From: an uncultured Gemmatimonas sp.
GTDB taxonomy: Bacteria > Gemmatimonadota > Gemmatimonadetes > Gemmatimonadales > Gemmatimonadaceae
DNA length: 64,000 bases
Direction: 5' to 3'
NCBI GenBank assembly: GCA_964621045.1
Contig: CAZUKU010000018.1
Coordinates: 3,061-67,060 of the forward strand
Shown: in pieces, positions 61,969-64,000 of the stretch
How positions within the stretch are numbered: position 1 is the stretch's first letter
Layout of the letters: the number at the start of each line of letters is the position of its first letter
Translations under genes and position numbers: made by a program
Notes under the pieces: generated by a model
Databases searched by the model: none
The model's input: only the letters and a program-made list of their open reading frames with translations
Told to the model about the DNA's origin: nothing

Positions 61969-63357
61969 TTACGGCGCGCGGCCGATCCGACGTGCCTGCA
62001 TGCCCACCCGGATCGCCGGCTGGTCCTGCTGCATGACGATCGCGGTGGCCCCTTCCGGGCTCACCCGCACCACCCGCACCACGGCCACCCGCGAGCGCGT
62101 GGCCGTTTCCGACACGAGCTCGAACCGGTCGCCCGACGCGATCGCCGGGTCCGGCGCCAGCACGAGATACGTCTGCAGCGAGGGCAGCGGCGTATCGGTG
62201 ATCCACCGCACGGCCGTCTCGATCGGCTCCACCGGGCCCGCCACCGGGGCTTCCGGCGCCTCCACGAAGGGGAGCACCATCTGCGTCTGCTCGATCACGC
62301 CGTAGAGCCGCGTGACGCGGGCCACGGTCACCCCGTTCTGCGGTTCCTCGAGCGTGAGCACGCCCGTGGGCACGACCAGCCGCGCCCCGCGCCCGAGATC
62401 GGCGCCCGGGGTGACGGTCACGTACTTCGTGCCCGGCGTGGCGTCGGCGCCGGCCGGCAGCACCACCTCCACGAGATCCCGCTGCTGCATGCGCTGGAGC
62501 TCGCGGGTCTTCGCGGCGGCCGTGGCATGCGCCCGCCCCTTCACCACACCCGCGCCCTTCCACTCGGCCGCACCGAGCGGGAACGGAGCCGCCTGGAACT
62601 CGCCGATCCGGCGGCCGGCCGGCTCCACGAAGCTTTCCGTGCCGTTCAGCTCGATCGTGCCCTGCATGGTGTCGGCGTTGAACGGCGCCGGCCCGAGGAA
62701 GATCGTGGTGTTGTCGCGACCGCGCGCTTCAGCCACCTGCGGCTGCTTCACCAGGCCGATGCGCGGCGTGGCGCGCGGTTCGTCCGCAGCGGCCGCCGGC
62801 GGGGCCGGAACGAACGGAGCCGCCACGGGCGCGGGTGCGGCCGAGGGCACCGCCGGGGTTGTCGGAGCAGCGGCGGGCGGCGTACTCGCGGGCGGCGTAC
62901 TCGGAGCAGGCGCCGCCGCGGACGTACCGGCAGCCGGTGTCACGGCCTGTGAAGGCGTGGCCTGGGGCGGCGTTTCGGCCATCGCGGCGCGGGCCACCGC
63001 CAGCGGCGGCGCTTCGCCCGGCACGCGCAGCACCTGTCCCACCGCGATGCCCCGCTCGCCGCCTTCGGCCAGCCCGTTGAGCTTGGCCAGGTCGCGCCAC
63101 TTGTGACCATTGCCGTAGTAGCGCGCCGCGAGGCTCCACAGCGTTTCGCCCACGCGCACGGTGTGGGTTCCCGACGAGGAGGCCGTGACCGTGGCGCCGT
63201 CCTGGGCGCGCACATGGGCGGGCCACGCCAGTGCCACGGCCAGCACGAAGGCGAGAATCAGCGGCAACAGGAGCTGCTGCGCTTCGGTGGCGGACTCCGA
63301 CCGACCCGGCACGGCCTTGACGCGCGCCGGTGAACGATGGGAACGGGCTGAAAACAT
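61969..63357 (-). CDS. LysM-domain exported protein with Pro/Ala-rich linker and uncharacterised C-terminal domain
   Basis: ATG at 63357. TM/signal segment. LysM block HTVRVGETLWSLAARYYGNGHKWRDLAKLNGL...VGQVLRVP. Confidence 0.75.
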   Translation of the reverse strand: MFSARSHRSPARVKAVPGRSESATEAQQLLLPLILAFVLAVALAWPAHVRAQDGATVTASSSGTHTVRVGETLWSLAARYYGNGHKWRDLAKLNGLAEGGERGIAVGQVLRVPGEAPPLAVARAAMAETPPQATPSQAVTPAAGTSAAAPAPSTPPASTPPAAAPTTPAVPSAAPAPVAAPFVPAPPAAAADEPRATPRIGLVKQPQVAEARGRDNTTIFLGPAPFNADTMQGTIELNGTESFVEPAGRRIGEFQAAPFPLGAAEWKGAGVVKGRAHATAAAKTRELQRMQQRDLVEVVLPAGADATPGTKYVTVTPGADLGRGARLVVPTGVLTLEEPQNGVTVARVTRLYGVIEQTQMVLPFVEAPEAPVAGPVEPIETAVRWITDTPLPSLQTYLVLAPDPAIASGDRFELVSETATRSRVAVVRVVRVSPEGATAIVMQQDQPAIRVGMQARRIGRAP

Positions 63358-63525
63358 GACGCGGACCTCTCTGGGCGGTGGGATCGCGAGCACGGCGCGA
63401 CCGGCTGGTCGCCGGACACACGTTCTCGTGGAGAGGGACGCTGCACGGGGGGCGGCGGTCACGCCGCCGGCATCACGGCCGGGGCATCGGATATCACGCC
63501 GACGCCCCCCGCGCGAACGTCTGGG

Positions 63526-64000
63526 TCAGAACGGCAGATCGTCGTCCTCGTCCTGCAGGGCGCCGGGGAAGTCGGCGAAATCGTCGCCGCCGCCCGCGCC
63601 GCCCGCCGCGGCCTTTCCGGCCGTGCGTGCCGGCGCCGCGCTGCGCCGCGGACCGTCATCATCGCCGCCGCCGCTCCGGCCGCCGAGCAGGATCAGCTCA
63701 CGCACCTTGATCTCGGTGGTGTAGCGCGTCTGCCCGTCCTTGTCCTGCCACTGGCGATACTCGATCTCTCCCTCGACGTACAGCTTCTCGCCCTTCTTCA
63801 CGTATCGCTCCACCACGTCGGCGAGCGTGGCCTTTCCCTGGTTCCATACCACGCAACGATGCCACTGCGTCTTCTCCTGCTTCGTGCCGGAGGCGTCGTT
63901 CCAGACGTTGCTCGTGGCGAGCGAGAAGTTCGCCACACGCCCGCCGTTGGACATGGTGCGGATTTCCGGATCGGACCCGACATTGCCGATCAGGGTGGCC
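63526..64000 (-). CDS. ssb: Single-stranded DNA-binding protein, 5' end beyond the window
   Basis: OB-fold sequence continues to the window edge (ATLIGNVGSDPEIRTMSNGGRVANFSLAT...). Gly-rich tail ends in the acidic tip DEDDDLPF. Confidence 0.93.
   Translation of the reverse strand, partial: ATLIGNVGSDPEIRTMSNGGRVANFSLATSNVWNDASGTKQEKTQWHRCVVWNQGKATLADVVERYVKKGEKLYVEGEIEYRQWQDKDGQTRYTTEIKVRELILLGGRSGGGDDDGPRRSAAPARTAGKAAAGGAGGGDDFADFPGALQDEDDDLPF

Overview
High-GC window (about 70% by eye) from a diderm bacterium: LptD, Tol-Pal, a TonB-dependent receptor and Tat are all present. The family mix suggests a Gemmatimonadota-like lineage, but that is inference only. I can support about 50 protein genes, one tRNA-Val(CAC), three clear hairpin terminators and several repeat structures.

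Gene content is mostly housekeeping:
- fabF, a UPF0182 membrane protein, hflX, rarA, cca, gmhA
- alaS-recX-recA, ftsK
- accC / pilT / accB / pepP / aroQ
- ppiD, tatA, a polyprenyl synthase
- hutH-hutU-hutI, lptD, tatC
- the full tolQ-tolR-tolA-tolB-pal-ybgF cluster
- an epimerase, a LysM protein and ssb

From 8.3 kb onward nearly every gene is on the minus strand. Many junctions are start/stop overlaps.

Items most worth a second look:
1. A stand-alone Tae4/Ssp-type peptidoglycan amidase with an upstream, translationally coupled Rap1a-type immunity gene (5487-6403). No T6SS gene is present in the window.
2. A roughly 500-bp composite palindrome carrying four 40-bp tandem repeats, just upstream of tRNA-Val (about 7676-8140).
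3. A roughly 210-bp long-hairpin intergenic element present twice (2403-2616 and 33017-33221).
4. Two roughly 1030-1075-aa TPR proteins with very acidic, internally repetitive centres (36576-39674 and 43400-46624). The first appears to share an operon with pilT.
5. An uncharacterised radical-SAM gene translationally coupled inside the hut operon (47982-48971).
6. A CpsB-type phosphatase whose conserved N-terminus can only be translated from a CTG embedded in a CTGA overlap (15627-15630).

The ORF track accepts GTG/TTG starts, so start coordinates are best guesses. All homology calls come from motif recognition by eye, not from searches. The many long Arg/Ala/Gly/Pro-rich ORFs antisense to recognisable genes are treated as high-GC artefacts.
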